DNA of 32,000 nt from Halomicronema hongdechloris C2206 (GCF_002075285.3 NZ_CP021983.2:1890001-1922000), one strand, 5' to 3'; counted from the stretch's first letter, positions 8,904-19,011 are shown. The notes: a model not told the origin generated them from the letters alone. Numbers and translations: made by a program.

Positions 8904-10928
8904 TTGGTTGATAAAGGCACACTGGTTGAATTTCGAGTACAGGGCAGCCCCAGACTAGGGGTTGTCGAGCGGCCAGGGGGCAAAAAAGCCTGGGTGGTTA
9001 TTGATCAGGGGGGGCAGGCCCATACTCTGCATCCGCGGGATATCACCTATGAAGTGGCCGGGAGCGATTGGCAATCCTCAGATATTTCTACCTTTCTACA
9101 GGATGTGGACAATTACATCGACCCGTCCCATCTAGAAATAGCGTGGGAACTTTTGCACGAAGCCGGAGAGTCCACTGATCCGGCTTCATTGGCACTGCTA
9201 TTGTTTTCCGATCAGAGCCCGCCCTCGAGCTATGCAGCCCATCGCTTGCTCTCAGACGACAAACTCTTCTTTAAGCAGAAAGGCAATCGCTACGAGCCTC
9301 GCTCCCAGGCTCAGGTAGAGGAACGGCTGCACCAGATTCATCAGGAGACTAAACGCCAGCAGGAATGGAATGACTTCCTGCAGCGGGCGCGGCAGTGTTT
9401 AGGAGCGGAGGCGGTCGTCTGGCATAAAAGTGATCGTCCCCGCCTAGATGCCCTAGAGCGCTTTGCTCTATTCGGTGAGGAGGCCCATCAACGGTCGGCA
9501 GCGGTGGAAATCTTACAGGCGTTAAATCAGGACACTACTCCTGCCGGGGCGTTTGAGTTACTGGTGTCACTGGGAGTGTGGAGTCCCCACGAGAATCTGC
9601 CGCTGCGCCGCAGCCAGATGCCGACTCAGTTTTCTGAGGAGATACTCACTATGGCGACGCGACGGCTCAGCAATGTTCCCCCAGATCCCGATGGTCCCCG
9701 ACTCGATCTCACTCACTTGAAGGTCTATACCATCGATGATGAGAATACCAGTGAGATCGATGATGGCCTCAGCTTGGAGTCTTTGGCAGATGGTCGGCAA
9801 CGTCTGTGGATTCATATTGCTGACCCGACTCGCTGGCTAGAACCTGGAGACGCCCTCGATCTGGAGGCTCGCCGCCGCTGCACGACCCTGTATTTGCCCA
9901 CAGGCATGATCCCGATGTTCCCGGCCGAGTTGGCCACGGGGCCGATGAGTCTGTTGCAGGGGCAGGTTTGCTGTGCCCTGAGTTTTGCAGTGCTGTTGAA
10001 TCAGGCTGGCGGCTTGGTCGACTACAGCATTCATCCCACTCTGATTAAGCCAACCTATCGGCTCACCTATGAAGATGCCGATGAAATGCTGGACTTGGCC
10101 CTGCAGGATGAACCGGAATTAGCTGCGATCGCACAGTGGGCCAAGCAGCGTCAGGCCTGGCGCCTGGCCCAGGGAGCCATTGCCATCCAGATGCCTGAAT
10201 CTGCCATCAGGGTATCGGAAACCGAGGACGAGATTACCATTGATGTCCTCGATGATTCCCCGGCCCGGCAGATGGTAGCTGAAATGATGATCTTGGCCGG
10301 GGAGGTGGCGGCTTGCTACGGCGAGACCCATGCCTTGCCGATTCCTTTTCGCAGTCAGCCCCAACCGGAACTGCCCAGTGACGAAGAACTGCTGCAGTTA
10401 CCCAGCGGTTGGGTGCGAGACTGTGCCATTCGCCGCTGCATGCCCCGCAGTGAGGTTAGCCTGGTGCCCAACCGCCATGCCACCCTAGGGCTCGATCACT
10501 ACAGTCAGGTGACGTCGCCGATTCGTCGCTACACCGATCTGCTGGCCCACTTTCAAATCAAGGCCCACCTGCGAGGCGACTCGCCTCCATTTTCTCCGGC
10601 AGAACTGACTGAACTCACCCAGGGGGCCATGACAGCGGCCTACGAAGCCACCATGGTGGAGCGCCAGACCAAACGCTATTGGGCCCTAGAATATCTGCGT
10701 CGCCGTCAGGACCAGATCTGGTCGGCCATGTTACTGCGCTGGCTGCGGCAACACGAAGGCTTGGGCCTAATCATGCTAGAAGAGCTGGGTTTAGAGCTGC
10801 CCCTGCGGGTCGATCGCACCCTGGAGTTGGGAGAGCATCTGAAGGTACGGGTAGCGCGGGCAAATCCTCGTCAAGACGTGGTGCAGCTGGAAGAAGCGAC
10901 CGAAGTGGCTGCCCCTCCTGTCGTCTAG
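8904..10928 (+). CDS. RNase II/R family 3'-5' exoribonuclease
   Basis: 674 aa. RNB-domain motifs are present: YTIDDENTSEIDDGLS and HYSQVTSPIRRYTDLLAHFQIKA. The start is uncertain because the track uses a TTG at 8904. Confidence 0.85.
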   Translation: MVDKGTLVEFRVQGSPRLGVVERPGGKKAWVVIDQGGQAHTLHPRDITYEVAGSDWQSSDISTFLQDVDNYIDPSHLEIAWELLHEAGESTDPASLALLLFSDQSPPSSYAAHRLLSDDKLFFKQKGNRYEPRSQAQVEERLHQIHQETKRQQEWNDFLQRARQCLGAEAVVWHKSDRPRLDALERFALFGEEAHQRSAAVEILQALNQDTTPAGAFELLVSLGVWSPHENLPLRRSQMPTQFSEEILTMATRRLSNVPPDPDGPRLDLTHLKVYTIDDENTSEIDDGLSLESLADGRQRLWIHIADPTRWLEPGDALDLEARRRCTTLYLPTGMIPMFPAELATGPMSLLQGQVCCALSFAVLLNQAGGLVDYSIHPTLIKPTYRLTYEDADEMLDLALQDEPELAAIAQWAKQRQAWRLAQGAIAIQMPESAIRVSETEDEITIDVLDDSPARQMVAEMMILAGEVAACYGETHALPIPFRSQPQPELPSDEELLQLPSGWVRDCAIRRCMPRSEVSLVPNRHATLGLDHYSQVTSPIRRYTDLLAHFQIKAHLRGDSPPFSPAELTELTQGAMTAAYEATMVERQTKRYWALEYLRRRQDQIWSAMLLRWLRQHEGLGLIMLEELGLELPLRVDRTLELGEHLKVRVARANPRQDVVQLEEATEVAAPPVV

Positions 10929-11443
10929 CTCCACCAGGCGGCAGCGGCCAGCAGTCCGCCGACGAGGCCTAACGCCATCCAGAGAAAGCGATTGTCTTGG
11001 CGATTGATCTGGCTGGGGTCAATCGGTGGCGGCGGCTCGGCTGGAGTGGGAGGTCGGCGGGGTCCCTGGCTATAGCGAGAGGCCATCACCTGGGTGCCCT
11101 CGTCCAAATTGGCTAGATCCGGAATTTCCGTTTTCCATTCCGGCCGCAGCTGCAGCCGGGGAGCCTTGAGAATATACAACAGCCGCTTGCCCTGTTTACG
11201 GGTTTCGCTATCGGGGTGACGACTGAGGCTCTGGCACAGTGCGATCGCATCTTGCTGGCGATCTGCGGCGGCATAGGCATTCACCAACCATGTCTGAATT
11301 TCTCCCCCCAAGGGAGTCCCTTTCTTGGCCAGCAACACCGCTCGCTCAAAATACTGAACCGACCGGCCATAATTACCCCGTTCAAAGGCCTGCTGTCCGG
11401 CGGCGTATTCGGCTTTAGCCCGAGCTAACGTCTCCTCAGTCAC
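10925..11443 (-). CDS. TPR-like repeat protein with a C-terminal transmembrane anchor (conserved hypothetical)
   Basis: 172 aa. The N-terminus is TPR-like (AEYAAGQQAFERGNYGRSVQYFERAVLL) and the C-terminus is hydrophobic (FLWMALGLVGGLLAAAAWW). It overlaps the convergent RNase II/R stop by 4 nt. Confidence 0.5.
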   Translation of the reverse strand: MTEETLARAKAEYAAGQQAFERGNYGRSVQYFERAVLLAKKGTPLGGEIQTWLVNAYAAADRQQDAIALCQSLSRHPDSETRKQGKRLLYILKAPRLQLRPEWKTEIPDLANLDEGTQVMASRYSQGPRRPPTPAEPPPPIDPSQINRQDNRFLWMALGLVGGLLAAAAWWS

Positions 11444-11451
11444 GCCCTATC

Positions 11452-12540
11452 TCACTCCCGTAACACCATATCTGCCCCCTGCCGATGCAGAGCACCGCCC
11501 TGGGATAGCATCATCAAATTACTCAATTTATAGAGAATCCGAGCCCCCACATTGCCATCCCACTCGTCATCCCCCACCTCAGAGACATCGAAGCCGATGA
11601 TGTGACGACCGCTACGCACCACCTCTCGACAGAGGCAGAAGGCCTCTTCCAGGTCTAGGCCTCCGGGGACAGGCGTCCCCGTGTGGGGACATAACTTTGG
11701 GTCTAAGCCATCCACGTCAAAGCTGATGTATACCTGCTGGGGCAGGGCCGCTACCATCTGCTGACATAACCCTAGCCAGGGAGTACCGCCATAGCGCTTT
11801 TCTCGCAAGACGGCATCGTAGTAGGGCATCACTCGTCCCCCGGCATCGTGGATTAGCGCCACCTCATCATGGCAAATGTCTCGCACCCCCACCTGTACTA
11901 ACCGAGTCATCTGGGGCAAGGTCAACACGTTATGCATGATCGAGGCATGGGAAAACTGAAATCCCTGGTAAGCCTGTCGCAAATCGGCATGGGCATCGAT
12001 CTGTAGCACCCCAAACTCAGGATATCGCGTCGCCAAGGCCTGGATATACCCCAGGGGAACGCTGTGGTCCCCACCGATGACGGCCACCTGCTTGCCCAAG
12101 GCCAGGGCCGCCTCCGCTTGTTGCTGCAACCAGTGGTTCACCCGCTCACCCGCTTGATTCACCGCCGCCAGATCCGCCCTGAGGCTAGCCTCTGCCTCGA
12201 TGGCAATCCCTTGCTCAGTGGCGGCAATGACCCGGGCAGCCTGCGATCGCATCGGCTGATTTTGGGCCTCGATCCAATCGGGGATAGGGGCAAGATAAAT
12301 GCCCTGCTGCCAGCCATCCGGGCAATCCAAATCATAGAGATCGAGCTGGGGGGAAGCCTGTAATATCCGCTGGGGGCCGCGGGCAGTCCCCGCATGGTAG
12401 GAGACCGTCACCTCCCAAGGCACCCCAAACACAATTAGGTTAGCCGTGTCATAGTCAAAGGGCAGTCCGAACAAATTACCATTATCCAGGCCCACACCAC
12501 TGGGATCAAAGGACCGCACAATATCGTCGCGTCTAACCAT
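11452..12540 (-). CDS. speB: Ureohydrolase superfamily protein, agmatinase-like
   Basis: Metal-ligand motifs [18 protein letters not shown] and SFDVDGLDP are present. Its ATG overlaps the stop of the upstream AdoMetDC/spermidine synthase gene by 8 nt (ATGGTTAG). Confidence 0.7.
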   Translation of the reverse strand: MVRRDDIVRSFDPSGVGLDNGNLFGLPFDYDTANLIVFGVPWEVTVSYHAGTARGPQRILQASPQLDLYDLDCPDGWQQGIYLAPIPDWIEAQNQPMRSQAARVIAATEQGIAIEAEASLRADLAAVNQAGERVNHWLQQQAEAALALGKQVAVIGGDHSVPLGYIQALATRYPEFGVLQIDAHADLRQAYQGFQFSHASIMHNVLTLPQMTRLVQVGVRDICHDEVALIHDAGGRVMPYYDAVLREKRYGGTPWLGLCQQMVAALPQQVYISFDVDGLDPKLCPHTGTPVPGGLDLEEAFCLCREVVRSGRHIIGFDVSEVGDDEWDGNVGARILYKLSNLMMLSQGGALHRQGADMVLRE

Positions 12541-13816
12541 TCAGCATATTTTTGACAAACGTCGGTAAACAAAACGCCGCCGGATGAATATCGGCATTGT
12601 AGTACTGTAAGTTTTCCTGGGCGGCAAAGGCGGCAGCCCGCTTCCGATCGAAGCCACGGATGGGATCGGCTCCCCCCTTAGAACTGTAGGTAAAACTCCA
12701 CATGCCCGTCGGATAAGTCGGGATAAAGGCCAAATAGCAATGGACATAATCCCGGCCAAAAATGCTTCGCAGGCACTGGACCAAATCCACGAAGGCAGCA
12801 TGGTTAAATCGCGGCGACTCACTCTGGGCTGTCATCACTCCCCCTGGTTTAAGACAGCGGTGAGCCTGCTCATAGAAACTCGGGCTGAATAGCCCCTCAG
12901 AAGGCCCGACCGGATCCGAGGAATCAATCACAATCAGGTCATAGGCCTCACTAGCCGCCGCTTGCATAAACCGAATGCCATCACCAATGATGAGATTGAG
13001 TTTTGGATCATCGAGGGCATGAGACAACGACGGTAAATACTGCCGTGAGGCTCGCACGACAACCTCGTCGATTTCCACCATCGTTACCGCCTCAACCTGG
13101 GGGTGACGCAGAATTTCCCGCACACTGCCGCCATCACCCCCACCAATTACCAATACCCGGCGAATATCAGGATTCAGCAGCATGGGCACATGGACAATCA
13201 TCTCGTGATAGGCATTTTCATCCTTTTCCGTGCACATCACGACATTGTCAACGGTGAGCATTTTGCCGTAGGCATAGGTGTCGAAAATCTCGACCGTTTG
13301 ATAAGGGGATTTCTCCCGAAATACCCGATCTCCCTTGTGCCGTATTGACAGCGCAATATTTTCATCTCGATCAGTGAACCAGACGCTGCGGCTGAATTTC
13401 GGCTCGACTAATTTCTGAGTCACCTGATCCCGCAATTCCCCCAGGTCAACTTCCGACTTCTCCAACAGTTCTAGGGCACCGCGGTTAAGTTCAATAGCCG
13501 AGCCATGGTCCGCCTGAAACGCTTGTTTGAGAATGTTGTAAGACACCCAAGGATTTACCGCATGGCCACAGGTAAAGAGATCCACGGCTGCATAGCGATA
13601 CTCAGGCCAAGTGTGAATGGCTAAATGGCTCTCCTGAATCACCACCACCCCAGATACACCAAAGGGTGAAAAGTGATGAAACACCGAGCTAATCAAGGTT
13701 GCTCCTGCTTCTTGAGCGGCCCTACGCATACTGTTTTCGATGTAGGGCACATCATTCAAAATTTCTGATGAACAGCCAAAGAACTCGACTAGAATGTGTC
13801 TACCCAGAGAGTGCAT
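12533..13816 (-). CDS. speE: Bifunctional fusion of S-adenosylmethionine decarboxylase (SpeH/class 1 pyruvoyl type) and spermidine synthase (aminopropyltransferase)
   Basis: The N-terminal ~110 aa read HILVEFFGC...[32 protein letters not shown], which includes the ES self-cleavage site of SpeH. The C-terminal ~300 aa read [18 protein letters not shown]...[13 protein letters not shown]...[18 protein letters not shown]...[18 protein letters not shown], which are SpeE signatures. A GGAGG lies about 12 nt upstream of the ATG. Confidence 0.85.
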   Translation of the reverse strand: MHSLGRHILVEFFGCSSEILNDVPYIENSMRRAAQEAGATLISSVFHHFSPFGVSGVVVIQESHLAIHTWPEYRYAAVDLFTCGHAVNPWVSYNILKQAFQADHGSAIELNRGALELLEKSEVDLGELRDQVTQKLVEPKFSRSVWFTDRDENIALSIRHKGDRVFREKSPYQTVEIFDTYAYGKMLTVDNVVMCTEKDENAYHEMIVHVPMLLNPDIRRVLVIGGGDGGSVREILRHPQVEAVTMVEIDEVVVRASRQYLPSLSHALDDPKLNLIIGDGIRFMQAAASEAYDLIVIDSSDPVGPSEGLFSPSFYEQAHRCLKPGGVMTAQSESPRFNHAAFVDLVQCLRSIFGRDYVHCYLAFIPTYPTGMWSFTYSSKGGADPIRGFDRKRAAAFAAQENLQYYNADIHPAAFCLPTFVKNMLNG

Positions 13817-14125
13817 TTATTATCGTCACACCTCCATATCAAGCTCCAAAAATATTCCTAGATCGGTGGCAAGCACCGCAGTCCAATGAGAACGAGTCGG
13901 ACATTTCTGTAGTACGCTTCCCAGTGCCTATTTGTCCCTTATCCGTGATGCACTTCAGACGCTTAGAGCAGCCGTAATGGTGGCAGGACCCTGGCCAGCA
14001 GACAAGACACCCTAGTGTACAGTGTTCAGTTGTCTTTGTGTATGGCCAAGCGAGTAGCTAGCGGCGGCGGCAATGGTCCCTCCCCTTCCACCTTAGGACG
14101 TAACCGAGTCAGACTAGTCGTCAAC

Positions 14126-14165
14126 CTTGCGCCATCATCTACTAGCTTGCGCCATCATCTACTAG
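14126..14165. repeat. Perfect 20-bp tandem duplication (CTTGCGCCATCATCTACTAG x2)
   Basis: Read directly. The copies lie at 14126-14145 and 14146-14165, ending 14 nt upstream of the rsmE GTG start. Confidence 0.95.
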
Positions 14166-14179
14166 TTTGATGGAGAATC

Positions 14180-14914
14180 GTGCCAGTGACTCTTCAACGC
14201 CTTGTCGTCGACCCAATTCAGATGCAGGCCGATCAACTGCATCTCACCGCTGAGCAACAGCGATATCTCCACCGAGTATTACGGTATCGCCCTGGGGATC
14301 GGTTCATGGCCCTAGATGGCCACGGACACCAGTGGCTGGCAGAGTTAACCCCCGATCTGGCCCTAGCCGTGGTAGTGTCTCCCGGGGCGAGTGTGGTGCC
14401 TGCCCCCCAGGTCGACATCACGCTGATGGCCGCCTTACCCAAGGGCAACAGCTTCGATCAGGTCGTGCGTCAAGCCACCGAATTAGGGGTCAGCTGCATT
14501 CAACCGGTGATTAGCGATCGCACCTTATTACACCCCAGCCCCAAGCGCTTAGACCGTTGGCGGCGCATTGCGGCTGAGGCGATGGAGCAATCTGAACAGC
14601 CACGGGTACCGCCAATTCTAGCCCCCTGCCCTTGGTCCTCCTTGCTGATTCCCAGCCCCGAAGCCCGTTATCTATGCGTCGCTCGCCAGGATGCCCCTTC
14701 TTTATTAGCCTGTCTGCTGCAGCAATCGTACCGAAGGATAACCATTGCCATTGGGCCTGAGGGAGGATGGAGCCCCAGTGAGGTAGAAGCCGCCTTAGTC
14801 GCTGGGTTCCAGCCTGTGTCTCTCGGCAATACCGTGCTGCGGGCAGTGACAGCCCCTGTGGTGGCTCTAGCGGTCGCCCATGCCGCTGCCAACCTGCAGG
14901 CAGTAGATCATTAA
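14180..14914 (+). CDS. rsmE: 16S rRNA (uracil1498-N3)-methyltransferase
   Basis: 244 aa. The N-terminus is PUA-like (QRYLHRVLRYRPGD) and the C-terminus is SPOUT-type with IGPEGGWSPSE. Confidence 0.85.
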   Translation: MPVTLQRLVVDPIQMQADQLHLTAEQQRYLHRVLRYRPGDRFMALDGHGHQWLAELTPDLALAVVVSPGASVVPAPQVDITLMAALPKGNSFDQVVRQATELGVSCIQPVISDRTLLHPSPKRLDRWRRIAAEAMEQSEQPRVPPILAPCPWSSLLIPSPEARYLCVARQDAPSLLACLLQQSYRRITIAIGPEGGWSPSEVEAALVAGFQPVSLGNTVLRAVTAPVVALAVAHAAANLQAVDH

Positions 14915-15003
14915 ACTTTGCTGCAGTGTGTTGGAGAAAACATAGAAAATAAACAACTCTTTGAAATGATCACGGCATATCAAAAATACTTGATGTTTGG
15001 ATC

Positions 15004-16035
15004 ATGCCGATGATTAAAGCAAGGTTTACAGGGGCCTTTACGGCACTGACTCTTCTCAGTATGGGGTGCTCCCAGGCACCGACCCCAGATTCTGGTGCCG
15101 AGGCAGCCAATGGCGCGGCAATTACCATCGATGGCTCTAGCACGGTCTATCCAATTACCAACGAAATAGCCCAAGAGTTTCAATTCGAGCACTCCGCTGC
15201 TCCCCCTATTACTGTCTCCTTCTCGGGCACCGGGGGCGGCTTCCGCAAGTTCTGTGCCGGGGAAACAGACATCAGTAATGCCTCCCGCCCGATTACCCCT
15301 GATGAAATGGAAACCTGCAAGGCTGCCGGCATCGAGTTTATAGAACTGCCGGTAGCCTACGACGCCCTCACTGTGGTAGTTCATCGAGACAACGATTGGG
15401 CCAATGATATTACCCTAGAAGAGCTGCAAACCCTGTGGCAATCAGAGGCGGAGGGGACTATTTCCACCTGGAAACAGATCAGAGAGACCTGGCCTGATCA
15501 GCCGATTAATCTCTATGGGCCCGGCGAAGATTCCGGCACCTACGATTACTTTACGGAAGTCGCCACGGGGGAATCTGGAGAGAGTCGGCAAGATTACACC
15601 GCCAGCGAAGATGACATGGAACTAGTCCGTGGGGTCCGCACCGATCCTAATGCCCTCGGATATTTTGGCTATGCCTATTACGAGGAAAGCCGAGCGGCCC
15701 TGAAAGCCCTAGCCATCGATGGGGGCGAGGGACCAGTCTTGCCTTCAGATGACACCGTCCGGGATGGCACCTATCAACCCTTCGCCCGTCCCCTGTTTAT
15801 CTATGTCAATGCTGCCGCTGCCGAGGCGAATCCTCACCTGCAGGCCTTCGTCGAGTATTATCTGGCCAATGCCCGCCATCTGGTCCAGGTAGTCGGGTAT
15901 GTGCCGTTGCCGGATCAGGCCTATGCCTTAGCCCTCGACCACTTTCAAGGCCGCCAGATTGGCACTGTCTTCGACGGCCAGGCCCAACCCGGATTAACCA
16001 TCGAAGCCCTGCTACAGAAGGAAGCTGCCTTCTAG
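15004..16035 (+). CDS. pstS: PstS-family phosphate ABC transporter substrate-binding protein (lipoprotein-like)
   Basis: The signal is lipobox-like (LTLLSMGC). [13 protein letters not shown] and [26 protein letters not shown] are typical of the PBP-like_2/PstS family. Confidence 0.8.
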   Translation: MPMIKARFTGAFTALTLLSMGCSQAPTPDSGAEAANGAAITIDGSSTVYPITNEIAQEFQFEHSAAPPITVSFSGTGGGFRKFCAGETDISNASRPITPDEMETCKAAGIEFIELPVAYDALTVVVHRDNDWANDITLEELQTLWQSEAEGTISTWKQIRETWPDQPINLYGPGEDSGTYDYFTEVATGESGESRQDYTASEDDMELVRGVRTDPNALGYFGYAYYEESRAALKALAIDGGEGPVLPSDDTVRDGTYQPFARPLFIYVNAAAAEANPHLQAFVEYYLANARHLVQVVGYVPLPDQAYALALDHFQGRQIGTVFDGQAQPGLTIEALLQKEAAF

Positions 16036-16181
16036 GAGATGACAGCGCAGGGTGATGATGATGACTGCCTAGGTCCTGAGGAATTGACCTCTCAGGGCAG
16101 ATAGTAATTGTCCATTCCTATCGCCTTCCCTCTATTCTCGCCGGGAAGGCAGCTAGGACAATCCTGCCTAACCCAAGAGCA

Positions 16182-16550
16182 CTAGGGAAAGCGACAGACA
16201 ACCTGCCCGAGGAGATGTTCTCGGGTGACTGGCCCAAACTCCCGGCTGTCGCTGCTTTCTGCTGGGTTTAATCCTTGCAAAAAGTATCCGGCCTCCGTAT
16301 GCCAAGCCACATACTTGATCAAGCGCAGGCCAGGACGATAGGGATGATAGGCAATGACGAGGTCTCCCAGCCGGGGGGCACCAGTGGGGCGGCGATAGGC
16401 GGTGGGGTCCACTAGAACCTCTTGCCCAGGGAAGAGCAGGGGGAGCATCGAGCGCCCGGTCACCCGAAATCGTCGCCGCCGGCACACTAGAAAGAGCAGC
16501 CAATCCCGAGGACGGCTGCTCCGTAGCCGAGTGGGCTTGATTAGAGGCAA
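16182..16550 (-). CDS. sodX: Nickel-SOD maturation protease (S26 signal-peptidase family)
   Basis: Contains the VTGRSMLPLLFPGQEVLV catalytic Ser motif. It lies 9 nt downstream of sodN. Only a TTG start keeps the catalytic motif inside the ORF. Confidence 0.75.
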   Translation of the reverse strand: MPLIKPTRLRSSRPRDWLLFLVCRRRRFRVTGRSMLPLLFPGQEVLVDPTAYRRPTGAPRLGDLVIAYHPYRPGLRLIKYVAWHTEAGYFLQGLNPAESSDSREFGPVTREHLLGQVVCRFP

Positions 16551-16559
16551 TCCTGGATA

Positions 16560-17033
16560 CTAGCTGGCCGTGTACCAGGGAATATCACGGCTCTTAGACG
16601 TCCAGAACATGTTGTGAATCTTCTGGACTGTCTCCATGAGCTCTTGGGCATGCTGGAGGCTCACTTCTACCTTACAGGCAGAACACAGCTTGGCCGCTTT
16701 CCAGAAGGTATCGTGCAGATCAGGAAACTGCTCTAGGTGAACCGGTTTGAAATAGTCGGTCCAGAGAATTAGGACCTCATCTTTGGCAATTTGAGCCTGC
16801 TCTTCTTTGATGGCAATGTAACGGGACAGGGTGTTGTGATAGGCAATTTGTCCCCCCTTGTCACCAGCAGCCGGGAGGTCGAGATCCACGATTTTCTTGG
16901 TCATGGACAATACCGCTTCGGCGGCAATGCGGGCAGAAGACGGGTCGTAAACGCCGCAAGGGCCGTCGCAGTGAGCCTCTACGGCAGGGGCCGGAAACCA
17001 GGCCTGTAGCGTTGCGATCGCATGATTCAGCAT
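16560..17033 (-). CDS. sodN: Nickel-containing superoxide dismutase precursor
   Basis: The propeptide MLNHAIATLQAWFPAPAVEA is followed by the Ni-hook HCDGPCGVYDP. I moved the start from the GTG at 17042 to the ATG at 17033. Confidence 0.9.
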   Translation of the reverse strand: MLNHAIATLQAWFPAPAVEAHCDGPCGVYDPSSARIAAEAVLSMTKKIVDLDLPAAGDKGGQIAYHNTLSRYIAIKEEQAQIAKDEVLILWTDYFKPVHLEQFPDLHDTFWKAAKLCSACKVEVSLQHAQELMETVQKIHNMFWTSKSRDIPWYTAS

Positions 17034-17210
17034 AGTAATCACAAGATTGATTGCGTCAGAGCAGTCTTCGAAACGAGAGCAATAAATTCAGAGGGGTATG
17101 CAACCTAGACCGTCTCCATCATTCAAGCCACTGCCTTACAACAGTCACAGGAACACAGAGGCAGCCGTTGGTAGTAGCACTATCCCATGCGTATCATGGG
17201 CCAATCCCCC

Positions 17211-18170
17211 CTACCCATTTTTAGAGGTATTCGGGCTCTGGTGCAAGATCTCCTGACTGTCAACTCCCGAGTTGACCAATTGTTGATGGCGCACCAACAG
17301 TGCCTGAATATGCTCTGCCACCTGCTCAGGACATTCCACCATGGCCATATGACCGCACCGAGGCAACTCGATCACATTGCTGTCAACACTATCGAAGAGA
17401 TGGTGAAAACTAGCTAAATGATGAACATAGCGGGGAGCCATCACCCGATCTGCCGCCCCGGCCATGAAATAAGCCGGCTGCCGTAGACTAGCCACTACCT
17501 GGGGCAAGCGATGGACTTCTGCTTCCGTGGTAGATTCCAACAAAGCCCCTAAGGCTGCTGCCTCATCCGCCTGCAATAAATCCAACAGCCGCTGCCAGCC
17601 CCAGCGATAGTCCAAGGGTCGTGCCACCATTAAACGGGTAAACGGCCAGCCCAGAAAGGGAAAATACCGTAGCCAAGCGGGACGAAATCCCACAATTTGG
17701 CGCCCTGCCTGGCGAAACCGCTCAAACTCCTGCTTTAGGTAAATCCCTCCCCCCGCATTCAGACAGATGACACCTCGCACCCGCTCTGGGTAACAGAGGG
17801 CTGTCCACAAGGCGATGCTTCCCCCCAGGGAATGGCCCACCAACCAGACCTTATTCAGCCCTAGGGTAGCTAGCAGCGTTCCTAAATCCCCAGCATAGGC
17901 GGCCAAGCTAAAGGGAGACGTAGATGCCCCTAACTCCCCTGCAACTGCCGGAATGTGGGAACAATGCTGCTGCAAATCTCCTTGGGAGTGGCCAAACCCT
18001 CGCAAATCATAGGTTAGGCATTGACACTGAGACGCCAATTGCTGAACAAGGGGACTCCAGTATCCACGGCTCAGCAACCAACCGTGGATAAACACTAAAA
18101 CGGCTCCAGCAGAGGTGGGAGGCGTGAGGGAGTATTCGTGAGGTACCCCTAGAATGGTTGCACGGGTCAT
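17211..18170 (-). CDS. Alpha/beta-fold hydrolase
   Basis: 319 aa. Contains VLVFIHGWLLS, the nucleophile elbow GHSLGG and a C-terminal GHMAMVE. Confidence 0.75.
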   Translation of the reverse strand: MTRATILGVPHEYSLTPPTSAGAVLVFIHGWLLSRGYWSPLVQQLASQCQCLTYDLRGFGHSQGDLQQHCSHIPAVAGELGASTSPFSLAAYAGDLGTLLATLGLNKVWLVGHSLGGSIALWTALCYPERVRGVICLNAGGGIYLKQEFERFRQAGRQIVGFRPAWLRYFPFLGWPFTRLMVARPLDYRWGWQRLLDLLQADEAAALGALLESTTEAEVHRLPQVVASLRQPAYFMAGAADRVMAPRYVHHLASFHHLFDSVDSNVIELPRCGHMAMVECPEQVAEHIQALLVRHQQLVNSGVDSQEILHQSPNTSKNG

Positions 18171-18285
18171 CCCTTAATCTTAGCGCGAGGCTGGCCCTAA
18201 AAGGCCAATAGACAGCAGTAAGCAGTAAGCAGTACACGTTCGCAGCCAGTAGGCAACGGAAGGGCCACTAGGGAGCCACGAGAAA

Positions 18286-19011
18286 CTAGTTCATCGTGCC
18301 CAGCAGCCGAAATCGGACCCCCTCTGCAATTTTCTGGCCCAGATAGTCAGGGATCAAGCTCTCGTTCGGTCCCAATAAGTACAAAATTAGTCGGGTACGT
18401 CCCCGCCACACCAGAAGATTAGCATTCACCACCAGCAAATCTTCCTGCCAGATGGCATACATCACCTTATAGAACAGCCCCGGCTGATTATCCGCTTCAA
18501 TCAATAGGGCCGGTAAGTGAAATACGGGGTCCACATAGAACTCTGTCTCCACTTCCTCTAATCCAGCGTCTAGATTGAACTCAACCGTCAGCATCTCTTC
18601 CACTTCAAAGTGGCCCGCCAACGCCTCTCGCACGGCCCGACAGACATTGTCAGCAGTAGTGCCCGCCAGGGTCTTACCGCCCCGAGACACTACTAACTTG
18701 ATGAACACCAACATGGGAGGATGAATCTGCCCATATAGACTGAGGTTATGAATGGTTAAGCCATAGGCTGCCAGCACCCCGAAGATGTCACTGAGTAAAA
18801 ATGACTGATTGCGATAGGCAAAATGCAGCGCACTGCGGTTGCCCTCTGGCTTTAATTCGATAATGGCTCTCTTACTCTTGTAGAGCTGATAGGCTAATCG
18901 TAGATTCTGCAGCTGAATCTCACTGCTCACAAACTGCTCATAAAACTGAGGGAATGCGCGGTTAAAGCGCTTAAGCAGTTCCAAGGTTGACGATTTCAAG
19001 CCAGCAGCCAT
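18286..19011 (-). CDS. Conserved hypothetical protein, probable tandem ACT-like domains
   Basis: 241 aa. There are two segments resembling ACT beta-alpha-beta starts: LLSDIFGVLAAYGLTIHNLSLY and LLIEADNQPGLFYKVMYAIWQEDLLVVNANL. The assignment is by eye only. Confidence 0.4.
   Translation of the reverse strand: MAAGLKSSTLELLKRFNRAFPQFYEQFVSSEIQLQNLRLAYQLYKSKRAIIELKPEGNRSALHFAYRNQSFLLSDIFGVLAAYGLTIHNLSLYGQIHPPMLVFIKLVVSRGGKTLAGTTADNVCRAVREALAGHFEVEEMLTVEFNLDAGLEEVETEFYVDPVFHLPALLIEADNQPGLFYKVMYAIWQEDLLVVNANLLVWRGRTRLILYLLGPNESLIPDYLGQKIAEGVRFRLLGTMN

Noticed and set aside
16168-16503. 111-aa alternative-frame ORF overlapping sodX
   Set aside because: The sodX frame carries the S26 catalytic motif and the operon context. 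The alternative frame is Pro/Ala/Ser/Arg-rich, which looks like compositional noise.
17184-17200. Hairpin CCCATG-CGTAT-CATGGG just downstream of the hydrolase stop and upstream of sodN, considered as a terminator or metal-regulator operator
   Set aside because: The stem is only 6 bp, there is no U-tract on the minus strand, and it resembles no operator I can name.
18215-18235. Heptamer repeat GCAGTAA x2 plus GCAGTAC upstream of the alpha/beta hydrolase gene (STRR-like)
   Set aside because: With only three units it is too short to distinguish from chance or slippage. I note it but do not consider it a finding.
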